Part shown: positions 49,405 to 62,167 of the stretch, piece by piece | Numbering within the stretch: the stretch's first letter is position 1 | How the letters are laid out: the number at the start of each line of letters is the position of its first letter | From: Eledone cirrhosa | Lineage: Eukaryota | Direction: 5' to 3' | Assembly: GCA_964016885.1 (NCBI GenBank) | Contig: CAXHJY010000368.1 | Span: 1 to 64,000, forward strand | DNA length: 64,000 nucleotides | Notes under the pieces: generated by a model | What the model saw: only the letters and a program-made list of their open reading frames with translations | What the model was told of the DNA's origin: nothing | The model's database searches: none | Made by a program: the position numbers and the translations under genes

Positions 49405-50082
49405 CTATGGCGGGTAAAATTCCCGAGATCCATAGACGAGTTCTATCCAGCTGTCTCTGTCCCTCATTATCGCTGCCATGTCCTGCGTCTCCAACAGACC
49501 AGTGTCTGTCCTCAGGGCATCAACATACGTTAACCTTGGTCTTCCTCTTCTAGTGTGTCCATGTAGGGGCTCCAAAACGAGCACTGAGTGCAATGTCAAC
49601 TCTGGATCTCGGTGAGCATGTCCAGCTAATCTCAGTCTCCTTTCTGTCTCACTTTTGAGCTGACTTTTGGGATGCTCCCATACAGCTCTGAGTTTTTCAT
49701 CCTCAGTATATACTGATATAATGTTCAGAGGCATATTCAACATTCTCGCGTAGCACCCATCCACCATCTGAGTGAGTTTCTTGGTCAGTGTCCAAGTCTC
49801 AGACCCATACAGCAGCACAGACTCCACTACAGGGGCTGAGAATGAATGAGACTAAAACAAAATATCTGGTAGAGAATGTTGAGAAGCCAGAGGGGATCAC
49901 TAATGTAGGCGGGAAGCCGCTAGAATTGGTTGAGGGCTTCCTGTATTTGGGAGCAAAGATTGGGAATACGGAAGATGATGTGGTTGAGAGGAAGTGCAAA
50001 GCCTGGGCGGCGTGCCACAGCTTGAGATCGGTGTGGAAGTCCGACCTTCGTAGAGACCTGAAAGTCCGTCTCTTCATTGCTA
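49405..50082. mobile_element. 5'-truncated RTE-clade LINE with inverted 5' segment
   Basis: Minus 49830->49405: VESVLLYGSETWTLT...RRLRLAGH...RRGRPRLTY; plus 49831->50082: GLRMNETKTKY..FLYLG..KAWAACHSL.SVWKS...KVRLFIA, the part of RTE RT that precedes it. Confidence 0.88.
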
Positions 50083-50542
50083 TATATGTGTGTGTGTGTG
50101 TATGTGTGTATATGTGTGCAAGTGTGTGTATATATGTGTGTGTGTGTGTGTGCTTGTGATCCAGTATTTCAGTAAGTATATAGATATGTGAGAGTCACTT
50201 TTAGTAGAAATGAATAGTGAGAATTTTCCTGCATAGAAACTGAAAAATATATATCTTTCTCGTTAATGTAGTAAGGAGTGTATGATAAACCACTTATACA
50301 CGCTTCGTTGTACAGCTTATATTATACGTCGGTGCAGTTAGTATGCCAAGTACGTACTTTTATAACATACATACCATCTTACATATGTCTATATATATGT
50401 ATGTATATATATATGTATATATATATGTATATATATGTATATATATGTGTATATATATGTATATATATATGCATATATGCATATATATATGTATGTATAT
50501 ATATATATATTCATGCATCTATACCTTCAAACATGGACAAAA

Positions 50543-50604
<62 letters not shown>

Positions 50605-50725
50605 TGTACAATTATATATGCATTTATACAAACGTACATCTATGTGTATCTATATGTTACACGCACGCAGACACACACACACAGACACACACATATTAAC
50701 ACACGCAACCACATAGACACAAACT

Positions 50726-50796
<71 letters not shown>

Positions 50797-50954
50797 TTAA
50801 GCTCTAGAGCTTCTAAAGCTGATATTTCTAATTATTTTGATGATATATCTTGGTTTATCCACTCTTAACGCTTGGTTATGTTTAAGGCAGCAAATCCGTT
50901 ATCGCGATTAAGTCGAAACACCATAGATGCCATCTTGTTTTGTAATATATCCTT

Positions 50955-51016
<62 letters not shown>

Positions 51017-51343
51017 TACAAGTCCGCTGAAATATGTATGTATGTATGTATGTATGTATAAATGTGTGTATAGTATATTTGATAATATATTGTGTTTATT
51101 TAAAAACATTTTGAAGACCATTCGCTATGAGTTTTAAAGTAGTGACTAAGTCACTTACTTTGTCTCAAGAATCCAACTTCTATAAGTCTCGGTAGAAGAT
51201 TCTTAACCCCACTATCAGGCTAAATACTTTATTTAATTTCTTTAGTCAAAATACGGCGATAACTTACATTTATAATAATTTCAAACTCGCTCGCTGATTC
51301 TAAAATATTAGTACATATATAAATAAATGAAAACAAAAAAAAA

Positions 51344-51390
<47 letters not shown>

Positions 51391-51399
51391 CATGTATTT

Positions 51400-51683
51400 A
51401 GTTTTGTTGGTTGACCAGTGGATAGAACTGGTTATTCCGTATGGTCAACCTCGATGTAATATTAGGGAGAGCACTCGACGTAATGCAACTCACCCGTCTT
51501 CGTTTGTGTTGTCCTGTCTCTGCTTTTCAGCCCCATGGATTTTTGTCTATTATATTACTTTGTAAAATGTCGAATACCTGATGATGTCACCTGGTTCATA
51601 CTGAACGCGGTCATTGAAATGATCAGAGTATAATAAACCATTTAAGTAATTACACCAGTCCAGCCTCCTGTTTGTTTTATAAT
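51400..51683. mobile_element. Family F element, rearranged: inverted tail (51400-51512) + hammerhead segment (51574-51631)
   Basis: 51405-51511 is the reverse complement of about 35227-35333; 51515-51682 matches 35035-35200; GAAA-TGATCA-GA (cleavage site mutated). Confidence 0.8.
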
Positions 51684-52962
51684 ATATATATATATATGTC
51701 TGTGCGTCTGTGTGTGTCTGTGTGTCATTCTAAAAGATCACTGAGTTATTACAGGTTCTGTTGCTTGGATGGAAGTACTTTCCCCGAGTGTGTACCCTTG
51801 GACGTGACTCTGTCTTAATCACAAAGAAAAGCCTTTTACACATGTCTTAATGGATCTCTATCAATCTGTGTACGGTGCTGATAATCGATGCAAAATGTCG
51901 TGCTTTGCATGACAACGTTCTTTTGATTAACGGAGACAATCGCTAGTTTCAAACTGGTTAAATTAGTATTATGCTTAATACGAATATAATTAAGCTAAGT
52001 AATGAATATATTATGCCGTTAATTAACGTTAGATTTGCTATTGTCATTAATAATCTCTCTTATGAGATTCAAGCAAATTTATCTTGCCTTAGAAATGATA
52101 GGGTTTATTAACATACGTTACAATAGTTAAAGATGGTATTTGCTCTTCCTTTACACGCCATGAGTTCAAGATCTGAGAAAAGCTTCACCAATAATAAACA
52201 TTTCTGTTATAGCTTCTTATATTTATATATATATATAAGAAAGAAATGGTGGTAAGATACCATGTGAACCATAACGCACCAGAGTACTCGTTACTTAGGA
52301 TTTAACTTAAAAAGCAAAGACATTTTAAGGCATGTATCAGTATGGACAAGTACTTTTATTCGATCCACTGAAGACCGAATGATAGAGCCTAAAAAAGATG
52401 GTTGGAGATCACCCATGAGATCAGATGTTCTCACCTGGGCTCCTTTAGGGATTAATAGGAGACGGTACGGCTATCAGAATCTAGGGAAAGGCATGCTCGT
52501 GGACTCTGCTCGTACGGAGTAATTATACGAAGTAAGTATACGAAGAAGAAATATTAAGAGAGCTTAACATGTGGGCATTTGATCTCTAAGCGTAGAGAAT
52601 GCAAGCGCAAAAGCCCACGCTATCAACAGATTATCATCCAAACCTCTGCCTATATACAGACAAACATACAAATCACTCACTTGATATATCAAATTATCTA
52701 TCTATCTATCTGTGTATCTATCAATCTATATATTGATAGATACACAGATACTGATATATATATATATTGAATCGTTGGTGTTTCTTTTTCTTCATATTTC
52801 AGTTCTGCGTTAACTCTATTGCATTGAGTCTTAAACCCTCTGGTTAAGTCTATATCCAATAATAGCCTCTATTATTATTAAAGTTATATATATATATATA
52901 TATATATATATGCATACATAATTACATACATACATATATACACATACAAAGATACATACACA

Positions 52963-53001
<39 letters not shown>

Positions 53002-53003
<2 letters not shown>

Positions 53004-53182
53004 GTTATTCCGGGTTGAATCGGAGGTAACCACAGTAAGTAAGGTACTCAATACATAGCAGAGTATAACAGTTTTAATATAGATGAGATTCTACAGGACT
53101 AGAACTGTTTCATTCATTAGAAATCATCAGGAATCCTGATGATTTCTAATGAATGAAACAGTTCTAGTCCTGTAGAATCTCA

Positions 53183-53189
<7 letters not shown>
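53002..53189 (-). mobile_element. Family B element with perfect 56-bp inverted arms containing a hammerhead core
   Basis: 53077-53132 versus 53134-53189; CTGATGA-TTTC TAAT GAAT-GAAAC in each arm. Confidence 0.75.
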
Positions 53190-53227
<38 letters not shown>

Positions 53228-53727
53228 CCTATGTATAAAACGGTTTTGTGTCTTAGTACGTTTCCATATACAATTATCAGCTGGATTGTGTATGAATATA
53301 TGTGTATAAATACTAACTTATATCAAACTAATTCTCCAAATAGATATATATATACTGCTGGACAAAGGTCTGAAAATTAGAACAATAATATCGTATTAAG
53401 AATTAATGCAGTGCCTAAAAATTTATTATTTCACAGAAATATCATCTTGCACCAAACAATATAATGGCGAACACACTGTGAACTTCCGGTTGATTACTTT
53501 GGCTAAACTACATAGGTGAGAAACGGCTATAACGTATCAATTATATTTCTAGGTAATTACATTAGAATATATGAAAGGAATTCTTAATTGCCGTCTCTTT
53601 CTTTAATGACATTTATCAAATTAGCTTTATTATTATCACCAATAATTTTATTATAATGTGTAGTTTTTTATTGAATTAGATTGTAAGTATACATCAACAC
53701 ACATATATATATACATATGTATACATA

Positions 53728-53766
<39 letters not shown>

Positions 53767-53814
53767 CTGTATGCATATAAATATATCTATAAATAAATAA
53801 TTATATATTAATGA

Positions 53815-53867
<53 letters not shown>

Positions 53868-54284
53868 AGTATATATATAGAGATATAAATGTATATATAT
53901 ATATAGATATAGTTATAGATATAAATGTATAGATATAAATGTATATATATATAGATATATATATATATACACGAATTTATATGTATCTTCGTTTTGTTTA
54001 TGGCCACCGGATGAGAAGAGCGTTACAATAGAATATACTAGACGGAAATGTTACGAAACTTAGTCTCACGCAAGGGTACTTCCAAACACCTACCTCTCTC
54101 TCTTTCTCTCTCTCTCTCCCTCCATCTCTCTCTCACACACACCCTGTGTCTCTCTCTGTCTCTCTGTCACTATATATAAATACACACACATATATATATA
54201 TATATATATCGTATGATGTAGATAAATTGAATTTTTTAAAGACTCACTATTTACAGGCGTATGCGTTTAATTGTTTCTACGTTA

Positions 54285-54451
54285 GGAACAAGGCCAGCAA
54301 TACCCAGTGCATTACTGGTACTTTATTTTATCGACCCCGTAAGCATGAAAGGCAAAGTCAACCTCGGCGGGATTTGAACTCGGATCGTAAAGGACGTAAC
54401 TATGCTGGAAAGCATGGCTTCCGACCCTCTACCGATACTGCCAATCCACGC
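54285..54451 (-). mobile_element. tRNA-derived SINE (octopus-type, Nin/Deu-like central domain)
   Basis: Reverse complement GAGTTCAAATCCCGCCGAGGTTGACTTTGCCTTTCATGCTTACGGGGTCGATAAAATAAAGTACCAG. Confidence 0.85.
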
Positions 54452-54654
54452 GTATAATGTGTTTGTATATATATATTTATATGTTTATATAGGTGTGTGT
54501 TCCTTATTTCGTATGTTGATTTAAAGAAAATGTATATGAGTATATGTTGTTGATTCATTAGCATTCGTCTGTTAGTATATATAAACTTTCAACCATTAAA
54601 AAAACCTTTACATTTTCTATGAATATTATTTGTTTCGACGCAAAGAGTTGCGGC

Positions 54655-54783
54655 CTTTTCCATTCTGAGTTCAAATCCCGCCGAGGTTAACTTTGCCTTT
54701 CATCCTTATGGGGTCGATAAAATAAAGTACCAGTAATGTACTGGGTAAATGCTGGCCTTATGCCAAAAGTAGAAACAATTATT
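54655..54783 (+). mobile_element. tRNA-derived SINE, same family, opposite orientation
   Basis: GAGTTCAAATCCCGCCGAGGTTAACTTTGCCTTTCATCCTTATGGGGTCGATAAAATAAAGTACCAG. Confidence 0.85.
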
Positions 54784-54911
54784 TGTTTTGGTCTTGCATC
54801 TATTTCAATTTTGTAATTGGAGAATATAAACACGCACACATAGGTAAATACAAGCACAGTAGAGAGAACAGACACACACACGCACCGTAGACAGAAACAC
54901 ACACACAACGA

Positions 54912-54957
<46 letters not shown>

Positions 54958-55467
54958 ATGTATGTATGTATGCATGTGTGTGTATGTATGTATGTATGTA
55001 TGTATGTATCTGTGTGTGTGTATATATAATATATATATATACATATGTATATATAAATATATATATACCTATATATACATATATATGTGTATATATATAT
55101 ATACATATACATATATATATACATATATATATATACATAGATACAGATATATATATATACACAAATGTATATATATATATATACATATACATACATATAC
55201 ATATGTATATATACACAATACATATATATATATATATGTATACATAGATATATATATACATATATATATATACATATGTATAAATATATATATATATATA
55301 TATACATATATACATACATATGTATATATATACATATATATATATACATATGTATATATATACATATATATATACATGTATACACATACATATACATGCA
55401 TACATACATGTATATATATACATATATACATATATATATATACATATATACATATATATATATACAC

Positions 55468-55500
<33 letters not shown>

Positions 55501-55524
55501 CATATGTATATATATTTATATATA

Positions 55525-58500
55525 TAACTTTGAATAACTTTGAAATGTTTTGGCCAGTATTGGCCCAGGCCATGTCTAACTTAATAGCACCACCTGGCGA
55601 AGTCTTTCAATTCAGGATTTGGGCACCATGGCCCATTCGAGAAGAGAATTACTGTTTGCGGAGACATATCCGGGTGTGGGTGGTTTGTCCGGGATTACTT
55701 GGAGGAATTTGTCCAAAGACTTCTTGAATTTTGTGTGGTCAGTTTCTGTTTTGACGTGTCCTGGTGTGATGTTGAAGAGAGCAGGGCCGATTGAGGTGAA
55801 ATAATTGTGCCGTATTGTTGTTATGAGTTGCGATTTAGATTTTTGAATGGGACGGATAGCACGGGGCCCAAGCCTTGGGTGTATCTTGAAGGCGATGCCA
55901 ACATCATTTGGGCAGTGATGATGGAACATTTTCCACATCATGCAGATAATATAACGCTCACGGCGACGTTGGAGTGAGTAAAGTTTCAGGTTTTCCAATC
56001 GACCCCAGTAGTCAAGGTCTGACATGCCATCTATCTTTTTCGTGATTGCCCTTTGAGGAGCTTCAAGTTTCATGATACTTTGTTTCGTGTGGGGAGACCA
56101 CAGTGGACAACAGTATTCAAGGTGTGGTCGGGCGAAAGTAGAGAAGAGAAGGATAATGGTGCGGGAATCTCTCGACTGGAAGGTTCTGAGGATCCAGGAA
56201 CACATTCTGCGGGCCATGTCAACTTTGCTGCTTATATGCGTGGTCCAGCTTATGTTGCTGTCCACGGTTACTCCCAAGTCTCTGATGTTGTTAGATGCCA
56301 CGAGAGTTTCCCCGGAGGGAAGGGAGTACGGGAGTTTCAGAGCATCCTCTTTTCCAAAGTGGATCAGTTCGAATTTGTCTTCGTTCAGTAGCATGTTGTT
56401 CTTTTCTGCCCATTGGGTAACAGCCAGTAGGTCTGACTGAAGGCTTATCCGGTCATCCACGCCATTGATGACCTTTTGGAGCTTGGAATCATCAGCGAAA
56501 ATTTTAATGTTGCTGTGTTTGATGATGTCAGTGATGTCATTAATATAGATGATGAAGAGAAGTGGGCCCAACACAGTGCCTTGTGGGACTCCACTACTGA
56601 CTTTGGCTGGGCTTGATTTGACTCCCTCAACTACAACATGTTGGGTTCTGTTTGACAGGAAGCTCTTGATCCACTGCAGCAGCTTTCCAGTGACACCAAT
56701 ATTGGACAGCTTTCTCAGTAGAATGTTATGATCAACCCTGTCAAAGGCCTTGCTGAAATCAAGGTAGATAACATCAGTGTTGGAACCCTCTCCCAAGGCT
56801 CTCAAAATGTCATCAAAGTGATGCAGTAGTTGCGTCAGGCAATCCCTTCCATTACGGAATCCATGCTGGTTGGAGTTCAGCATATTGTTACTCTCAAGGA
56901 AGTGGGTCATTCGCGATCTCACCACTCGCTCAAATACCTTAATGATATGAGAGGTGAGTGAGATTGGACGGTAATTCACGGCAAGGGATTTGTTTCCCTT
57001 TTTGAAAACTGGGACAACAGACTGGGATAGAAGGTTTTCTGGCACATATCCAGCATCCAGTGAGTTCCGCCACAGATTGGCAAGAGGAGAAGCAAGTTGG
57101 TGTTGACACGCCTTCAAGACACAAGCAGGGAACCTATCGGGACCTACTGCTGAATTATGCTTGATTTCCTTTATTGCCGCCAAGACATCAGGGGCGCCAA
57201 ACGTTATGTCCGATAAGGTGTAATGGGGAGTAACATCGCCGATACAGCCCAGATCGGCCATATCAGGATTGCTGAAAACAGAGCAGTATTGTTTCTGCAG
57301 TATCTCACCCATGGTTTTAGCATTGTCTTGAAGAGTGCCATTTTCATCAATTAGAGGGCCAACAGTAGAGCCAGTGATTTTGTGTTTTTTTGCAAATGAA
57401 AAGAACACTTTGGGATTGAGTTTGATCTTCTCAATGGCCCAGGCCTCTTCAGCTCTTCTCTGATTGTTGATGAGGGACATTATGTTGTTTTGGAGGTTAT
57501 GTTTTTTAATCTCTAGTGATGAAATGGCAGTCAAGTTGATGTGTTGCTGCTGACAGTATTTCAGCTTGTTGATTTTTTTGTTCGTTCTCTTAATTTTTCT
57601 GATGAGTGTTTTTCTATTTCTAGGGATTCTGCTCTTAGATTTGTTTATAGTTCTTAATGGGGTGTGTTTAGCACATATGTTTGTAACAGTGTCCACAAAT
57701 GTCTGCCAGGACTTTTTGATGTTAGTGGGTGTATGAGTGTGCGTGAAGGACCAGTCGACATGTGCAAGATCATGACTGATCGCTTCCCAGTTTGCATTGT
57801 GGAAATCCATAGCGTCAAACGGATGGACAGGAGAAATGACATTGGGTTTGTATATTGGACGGTGGAATCTCAGATCACAGAGAACCATGTCATGATCAGA
57901 GAGTAGAGTTTTCTCCACTGCAATATTGTGGATATTGTCAGTGTGATTGCTGAAAATTAAGTCTAGGACGTTTTTGTGGCACCTCGTTGGTTCGAGCACT
58001 AGTTGGGATAGGAAGAAATCATCCATGAAGTCAAGAAGCGATTCCACAGCTTCCCTGTCAGAGGTTGAGGCAGAAGAACCTGGTGGCAGGGTGTTTGTGG
58101 ACCAGTCAACTCCGGGGAGGTTGAAGTCCCCCATCATTAAGATGTTGTCAGGGTGACACTCTTGGATGAAACACTTTATGCTGTTGAGGCATTCCTTGAA
58201 GCATGGTACAGGCGTTTGGGGTGGCCTATAGAGCCCAACTACTAATAGGTTGTTGGTTTGACTGAATACAGTGACTGCCTCACAGTATCCATTAGTGAAT
58301 ATGTTCATAGCCTCTGTTGAGAAAGAATTATGGACATAAATGGCAGTTCCGCCCTTTCTTCTGCCAGCGCGATCAGCACGGATGGCTTTGAAATTTTTCA
58401 CTTTCACCTCGGCTTCCAAGTGGAGGTTACTGAGATGGGTTTCAGTGAGGACGAAGAAAGGGATGTGGTTTGGATGGACATCAATCCAGTCCTCCAGGAA

Positions 58501-58702
58501 TTTGATCTTCCATTTTTGAGTATTGGTGGAAGGGCTGATGCCTTGGGCGTTAAGCAAAAATGTAGAGGCGAGAGTGGATGGTTTTAATTGTTTTGGTGTG
58601 TTGTTAATTTGTTTGTTTGTTAATGGCAGCAATGGGAGTTTGTGCAGTGGGGTGATAGTGGAGGGTGGTGCTGGGTGATAGCTCGAATGTTTTTTTCCAG
58701 TT
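55525..58702 (-). mobile_element. CR1-group non-LTR retrotransposon, 5'-truncated at the ORF1/ORF2 boundary, inserted in (TA)n
   Basis: Intact ORF2; short 3' UTR with GGCC hairpin and terminal tandem (TTCAAAGTTA)2 at 55525-55544. Confidence 0.9.
55612..58701 (-). CDS. LINE ORF2: apurinic-like endonuclease + reverse transcriptase (~1029 aa, no own start Met)
   Basis: APE motifs LNAQG, LTETHL, GGTAIYV, YRPP, GDFNLP, LDLIF, SDH; RT motifs [38 protein letters not shown]; CR1-like [10 protein letters not shown] and [10 protein letters not shown]. The ORF-track Met at 58791 lies inside the microsatellite. Confidence 0.92.
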   Translation of the reverse strand, partial: TGKKHSSYHPAPPSTITPLHKLPLLPLTNKQINNTPKQLKPSTLASTFLLNAQGISPSTNTQKWKIKFLEDWIDVHPNHIPFFVLTETHLSNLHLEAEVKVKNFKAIRADRAGRRKGGTAIYVHNSFSTEAMNIFTNGYCEAVTVFSQTNNLLVVGLYRPPQTPVPCFKECLNSIKCFIQECHPDNILMMGDFNLPGVDWSTNTLPPGSSASTSDREAVESLLDFMDDFFLSQLVLEPTRCHKNVLDLIFSNHTDNIHNIAVEKTLLSDHDMVLCDLRFHRPIYKPNVISPVHPFDAMDFHNANWEAISHDLAHVDWSFTHTHTPTNIKKSWQTFVDTVTNICAKHTPLRTINKSKSRIPRNRKTLIRKIKRTNKKINKLKYCQQQHINLTAISSLEIKKHNLQNNIMSLINNQRRAEEAWAIEKIKLNPKVFFSFAKKHKITGSTVGPLIDENGTLQDNAKTMGEILQKQYCSVFSNPDMADLGCIGDVTPHYTLSDITFGAPDVLAAIKEIKHNSAVGPDRFPACVLKACQHQLASPLANLWRNSLDAGYVPENLLSQSVVPVFKKGNKSLAVNYRPISLTSHIIKVFERVVRSRMTHFLESNNMLNSNQHGFRNGRDCLTQLLHHFDDILRALGEGSNTDVIYLDFSKAFDRVDHNILLRKLSNIGVTGKLLQWIKSFLSNRTQHVVVEGVKSSPAKVSSGVPQGTVLGPLLFIIYINDITDIIKHSNIKIFADDSKLQKVINGVDDRISLQSDLLAVTQWAEKNNMLLNEDKFELIHFGKEDALKLPYSLPSGETLVASNNIRDLGVTVDSNISWTTHISSKVDMARRMCSWILRTFQSRDSRTIILLFSTFARPHLEYCCPLWSPHTKQSIMKLEAPQRAITKKIDGMSDLDYWGRLENLKLYSLQRRRERYIICMMWKMFHHHCPNDVGIAFKIHPRLGPRAIRPIQKSKSQLITTIRHNYFTSIGPALFNITPGHVKTETDHTKFKKSLDKFLQVIPDKPPTPGYVSANSNSLLEWAMVPKS

Positions 58703-58971
58703 ATATATATATATATACATATGTATATATATGTATATACACATATGTATATATATATATATAATATATACATACATATACATGCATACATATATATTTA
58801 CATATGTATATATATATATATATATATACATATACATGCATATATATATATTTACATATGTATATATATATATATATATACACATACATATACATACATA
58901 CATATATATTTCCATATGTATATATATATATATATATATACATACATATACATGCATACATATGTATTTAC

Positions 58972-59002
<31 letters not shown>

Positions 59003-59033
59003 CATACATATACATGCATACATATATACTTAC

Positions 59034-59086
<53 letters not shown>

Positions 59087-59277
59087 CATATACATGCATA
59101 CATATGTATATACATATGTATATATATATACATACATACACATACATACATATATATATATTAATATATATATATACATATATATATATATACATATGTA
59201 TATACATATCCATACATACATACATATATATATATTAATATATACCTATATATAACTATATATATATATGTCTATAG

Positions 59278-59316
<39 letters not shown>

Positions 59317-59351
59317 TACAAGTATGTTTGAATGTATATATATATAAATAA

Positions 59352-59396
<45 letters not shown>

Positions 59397-59675
59397 AGTA
59401 TGTTTGTATGCACTGAATTAATATTAGACGAAGAGAATTTTAAGCAGATTAGTTTGTAATTCTCGTCCGATTCAAAGCTAAATCGGATAGCAACATAAAT
59501 AGATACAGAAGCAACTTCAAATTTAATAGTTCGATTTATCTTTTAAATTCCAATAATTCCTCTAGAATAACGTCTCAAAATAATGCCATGAAACCATATT
59601 TAGTAAACGTAAAGCATATTTTTCATAAATCATATTTATTTTCAAACATTCCAACGCCGACTAGTAAATATACAC

Positions 59676-59727
<52 letters not shown>

Positions 59728-59758
59728 TATATATATATTATATATATAACGTATTTAA

Positions 59759-59837
<79 letters not shown>

Positions 59838-59924
59838 TATTTAACTGATATATATATATCAATGAGCGTGAAGCTAATAAACATTTGTCGTACTGCCTCT
59901 CTGTTCTGTCCCTGTTCAATTTTT

Positions 59925-59958
<34 letters not shown>

Positions 59959-59965
59959 TATTTAA

Positions 59966-60008
<43 letters not shown>

Positions 60009-60101
60009 GTAGTAATTCCGTCGGAAAGGTCCAAGGAAAAATAGTGCTCTATGTTGGTTTCACAGCTTAATAGTTAGGTAATAAACAACATAAGGCAATT
60101 A

Positions 60102-60162
60102 TTTCATTTACCAGTGGTTTCTTGAAAGCAAACAAAGTTTGCTTTCAATCATCAGACTGAAA
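60102..60162 (-). ncRNA. Type-I hammerhead ribozyme, copy 1
   Basis: Minus strand: TTTCAGT-CTGATGA-TTGAAAGCAAAC TTT GTTTGCTTTCAA-GAAA-CCACTGG-TA-AATGAAA. Confidence 0.82.
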
Positions 60163-60448
60163 AAATCCTGGTGTAATTATTGACATTGGATTTTAAAAAC
60201 TTTTAGATTGAATAATCCAATTCATATATGTCCATGCTGTATGTTGGTTACATTCCTGAAAACTGTAGAGTGCTCAACTAATCGGGCTGGAATGTGCCAA
60301 TCATCTATGTAATATAGAATATGTTTCAATCAATCCCGGTTGGAGCTGTATAAATGAAGTAATTCCGTCGGAAAGGTCCAGGAGAGAAGAGTACTCTATG
60401 TTGTTTACACAGCTTAATAGTTAGGTAATAAACAACACAAGGCAATTA

Positions 60449-60509
60449 TTTCATTTACCAGTGGTTTCTTGAAAGCAAACAAATTTTGCTTTCAATCATC
60501 AGAATGAAA
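60449..60509 (-). ncRNA. Type-I hammerhead ribozyme, copy 2
   Basis: Minus strand: TTTCATT-CTGATGA-TTGAAAGCAAA ATTTG TTTGCTTTCAA-GAAA-CCACTGG-TA-AATGAAA; 7-bp perfect stem I. Confidence 0.85.
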
Positions 60510-60692
60510 AAATCCAGGAGTATTTATTGACATTGGTTTTTAAAACATTCTTGCTAAGAGTAGAAGGGTGGAACAAATATCGCATGGTCTTTTTTTAACA
60601 GCTAATTCATTGATTAATTTATTTATATTTATTTATAGGTGTGTGTGTGTGTGTGTGTATGTGTGTGTGTGTGTGTATGTGTGTGTGTGTGT

Positions 60693-60893
60693 GTTTCGGG
60701 TCCAATCGAGGTTTACCATAGTTAGTAACATACTTAATATATTAGTAGAGTCTAAACATAGTGTTCAATATAGAAATTGCTTCTACAGGTCTAGTCCTGT
60801 TTTATTAAATATATATCACCAGGGAAGCTTTTCTCACGATTTCTTGTGAATGAAAGACTTCTAGTTTTTTAAAAGATATTTCTATATTAAACA
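60693..60893 (-). mobile_element. Diverged family B element with inverted segment
   Basis: CGGGTCCAATCGAGGTTTACCATAGT...TTCTACAGGTCTAG homologous to 53010-53105; diverged inverted arm at about 60848-60893. Confidence 0.6.
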
Positions 60894-60984
60894 TGATGCA
60901 CACACACACGCACACTTATATATGTATATATATGTATGTATAGATATATATATATATATATATATATAAGACATTTTATTTCTA

Positions 60985-61143
60985 ATTCCACCTCATTCAT
61001 CTATCTTATTTCTCAAGCTTTCTTCTGATGAAACACTAGCGTCCGAAACGTTAAAACCATCTTCCTGCTATTTCAAGTGTTAATCTAATATATTCCTTTC
61101 ACATACTGTCCCGTTTGTGTTATTATTTCTGTTTACCTTTTAC
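60985..61143 (+). mobile_element. Family E element with hammerhead core
   Basis: TCTT-CTGATGA(61025)-AACAC TAGC GTCC-GAAAC-GTTA; tail homologous to 19875-19962. Confidence 0.7.
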
Positions 61144-61147
61144 ACAG

Positions 61148-61188
<41 letters not shown>

Positions 61189-61194
61189 ATTACA

Positions 61195-61340
61195 ACTTGA
61201 ACAACACAATATATAACTACTCCATCATGGAATAGTTCAATATTGTGTTGTTCACACGTTCTAATTAAATAGCTCTGTTCTATACATAGAGCACTCTTCT
61301 TTCCTTTCCTTCTTCAAGGGAATTACCTAACACTAAAACA
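61195..61340 (+). mobile_element. Family G-related tail with 15-bp inversion
   Basis: ATTGTGTTGTT...CATAGAGCACT...GGAATTAC resembles the minus-strand tail of 60010-60095; TGAACAACACAATAT inverted at 61198 versus 61240. Confidence 0.5.
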
Positions 61341-61556
61341 TATATATATATAAAGGGCAAAAGATGAAACCGAAATTTGGCTCCTTTGCCGGTTTCGCAG
61401 TCCTTGTGCTTTGCAAAAGTAGAATTGAGATGGAGGGTTCGTGTTTTTTCTCGCGCGCACACACACAGACACACACACAGACACACACACAGACACACAC
61501 ACAGACACACACACAGACACACACACAGACGCACGCACGCACGCACGCACGCGCAC

Positions 61557-61920
61557 ATTAACTAAATAGGTATTCTTGTGATCAAGTATGTATTATTATA
61601 CATATTTCAGAGGTACTGAGTTAAGTTCAAGAGTACGTCCTCACATGGTATTCTACCATGACTGAATCTTAACCATCTACTATGTCAGTGTATGTCATGC
61701 ATCATCTTATTTTATCTGATGAGGACGTACTGTTGAACTTAAATCAGTACCTCTGAAATATGTATAATAAAATATACTTGATCACAAGAATATCTATTTT
61801 GTTAATATTTTGAATTAATATTATTAACTCTGGAAAACCTTTTTTTTTGTTGAGTGCTTCCAATCTATTGTAAAACTCATTCTTTGGTGTATTCATTGAA
61901 CCTTGTTTAACTTTGAAATA
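61557..61920 (+). mobile_element. Family A-like element with inverted arm and hammerhead (61708-61774)
   Basis: TATTTTAT-CTGATGA-[GGACGTACTG/CAGTACCTCT]-GAAA-TATGTA-TA-ATAAAATA; 61557-61643 inverted versus 61720-61806; TTGTTGAGTGCTT tail. Confidence 0.8.
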
Positions 61921-62114
61921 TATATATATATATACATTTCTCTTACGTAAATATATATGTATATAACTATATATATATATGAAAAGTGTAAGTTTCTACA
62001 CAAAACGAAGGTTATAGAGAAAATTGAGGTTGGTAATGGCACATGGAATATATAAGAGACTGGATACTTTTTTGTGAAAAAACATATAATTTTATAAGGT
62101 AAGGAGAGAATAAA

Positions 62115-62167
<53 letters not shown>

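Larger units (their letters stand above)
60010..60547 (-). mobile_element. Family G retrozyme-like tandem (347-bp period, two hammerheads)
   Basis: 60012-60200 directly repeated at 60359-60546; each copy has a hammerhead on the minus strand. Confidence 0.8.

Noticed and set aside
51740-52640. Candidate host-gene exons in unique-looking sequence
   Set aside because: Short frames with stops and no identifiable domain; small exons cannot be excluded without RNA data.
54005-54070. Additional hammerhead (…GAAGAGCGTTACA…TGTTACGAAACTTAGTC)
   Set aside because: The CUGAnGA box is not intact and stem I is ambiguous; at best a decayed remnant.
55619-58587. Short plus-strand and alternative-frame ORFs overlapping the LINE
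   Set aside because: Antisense or out-of-frame shadows of ORF2 with no recognisable motifs.
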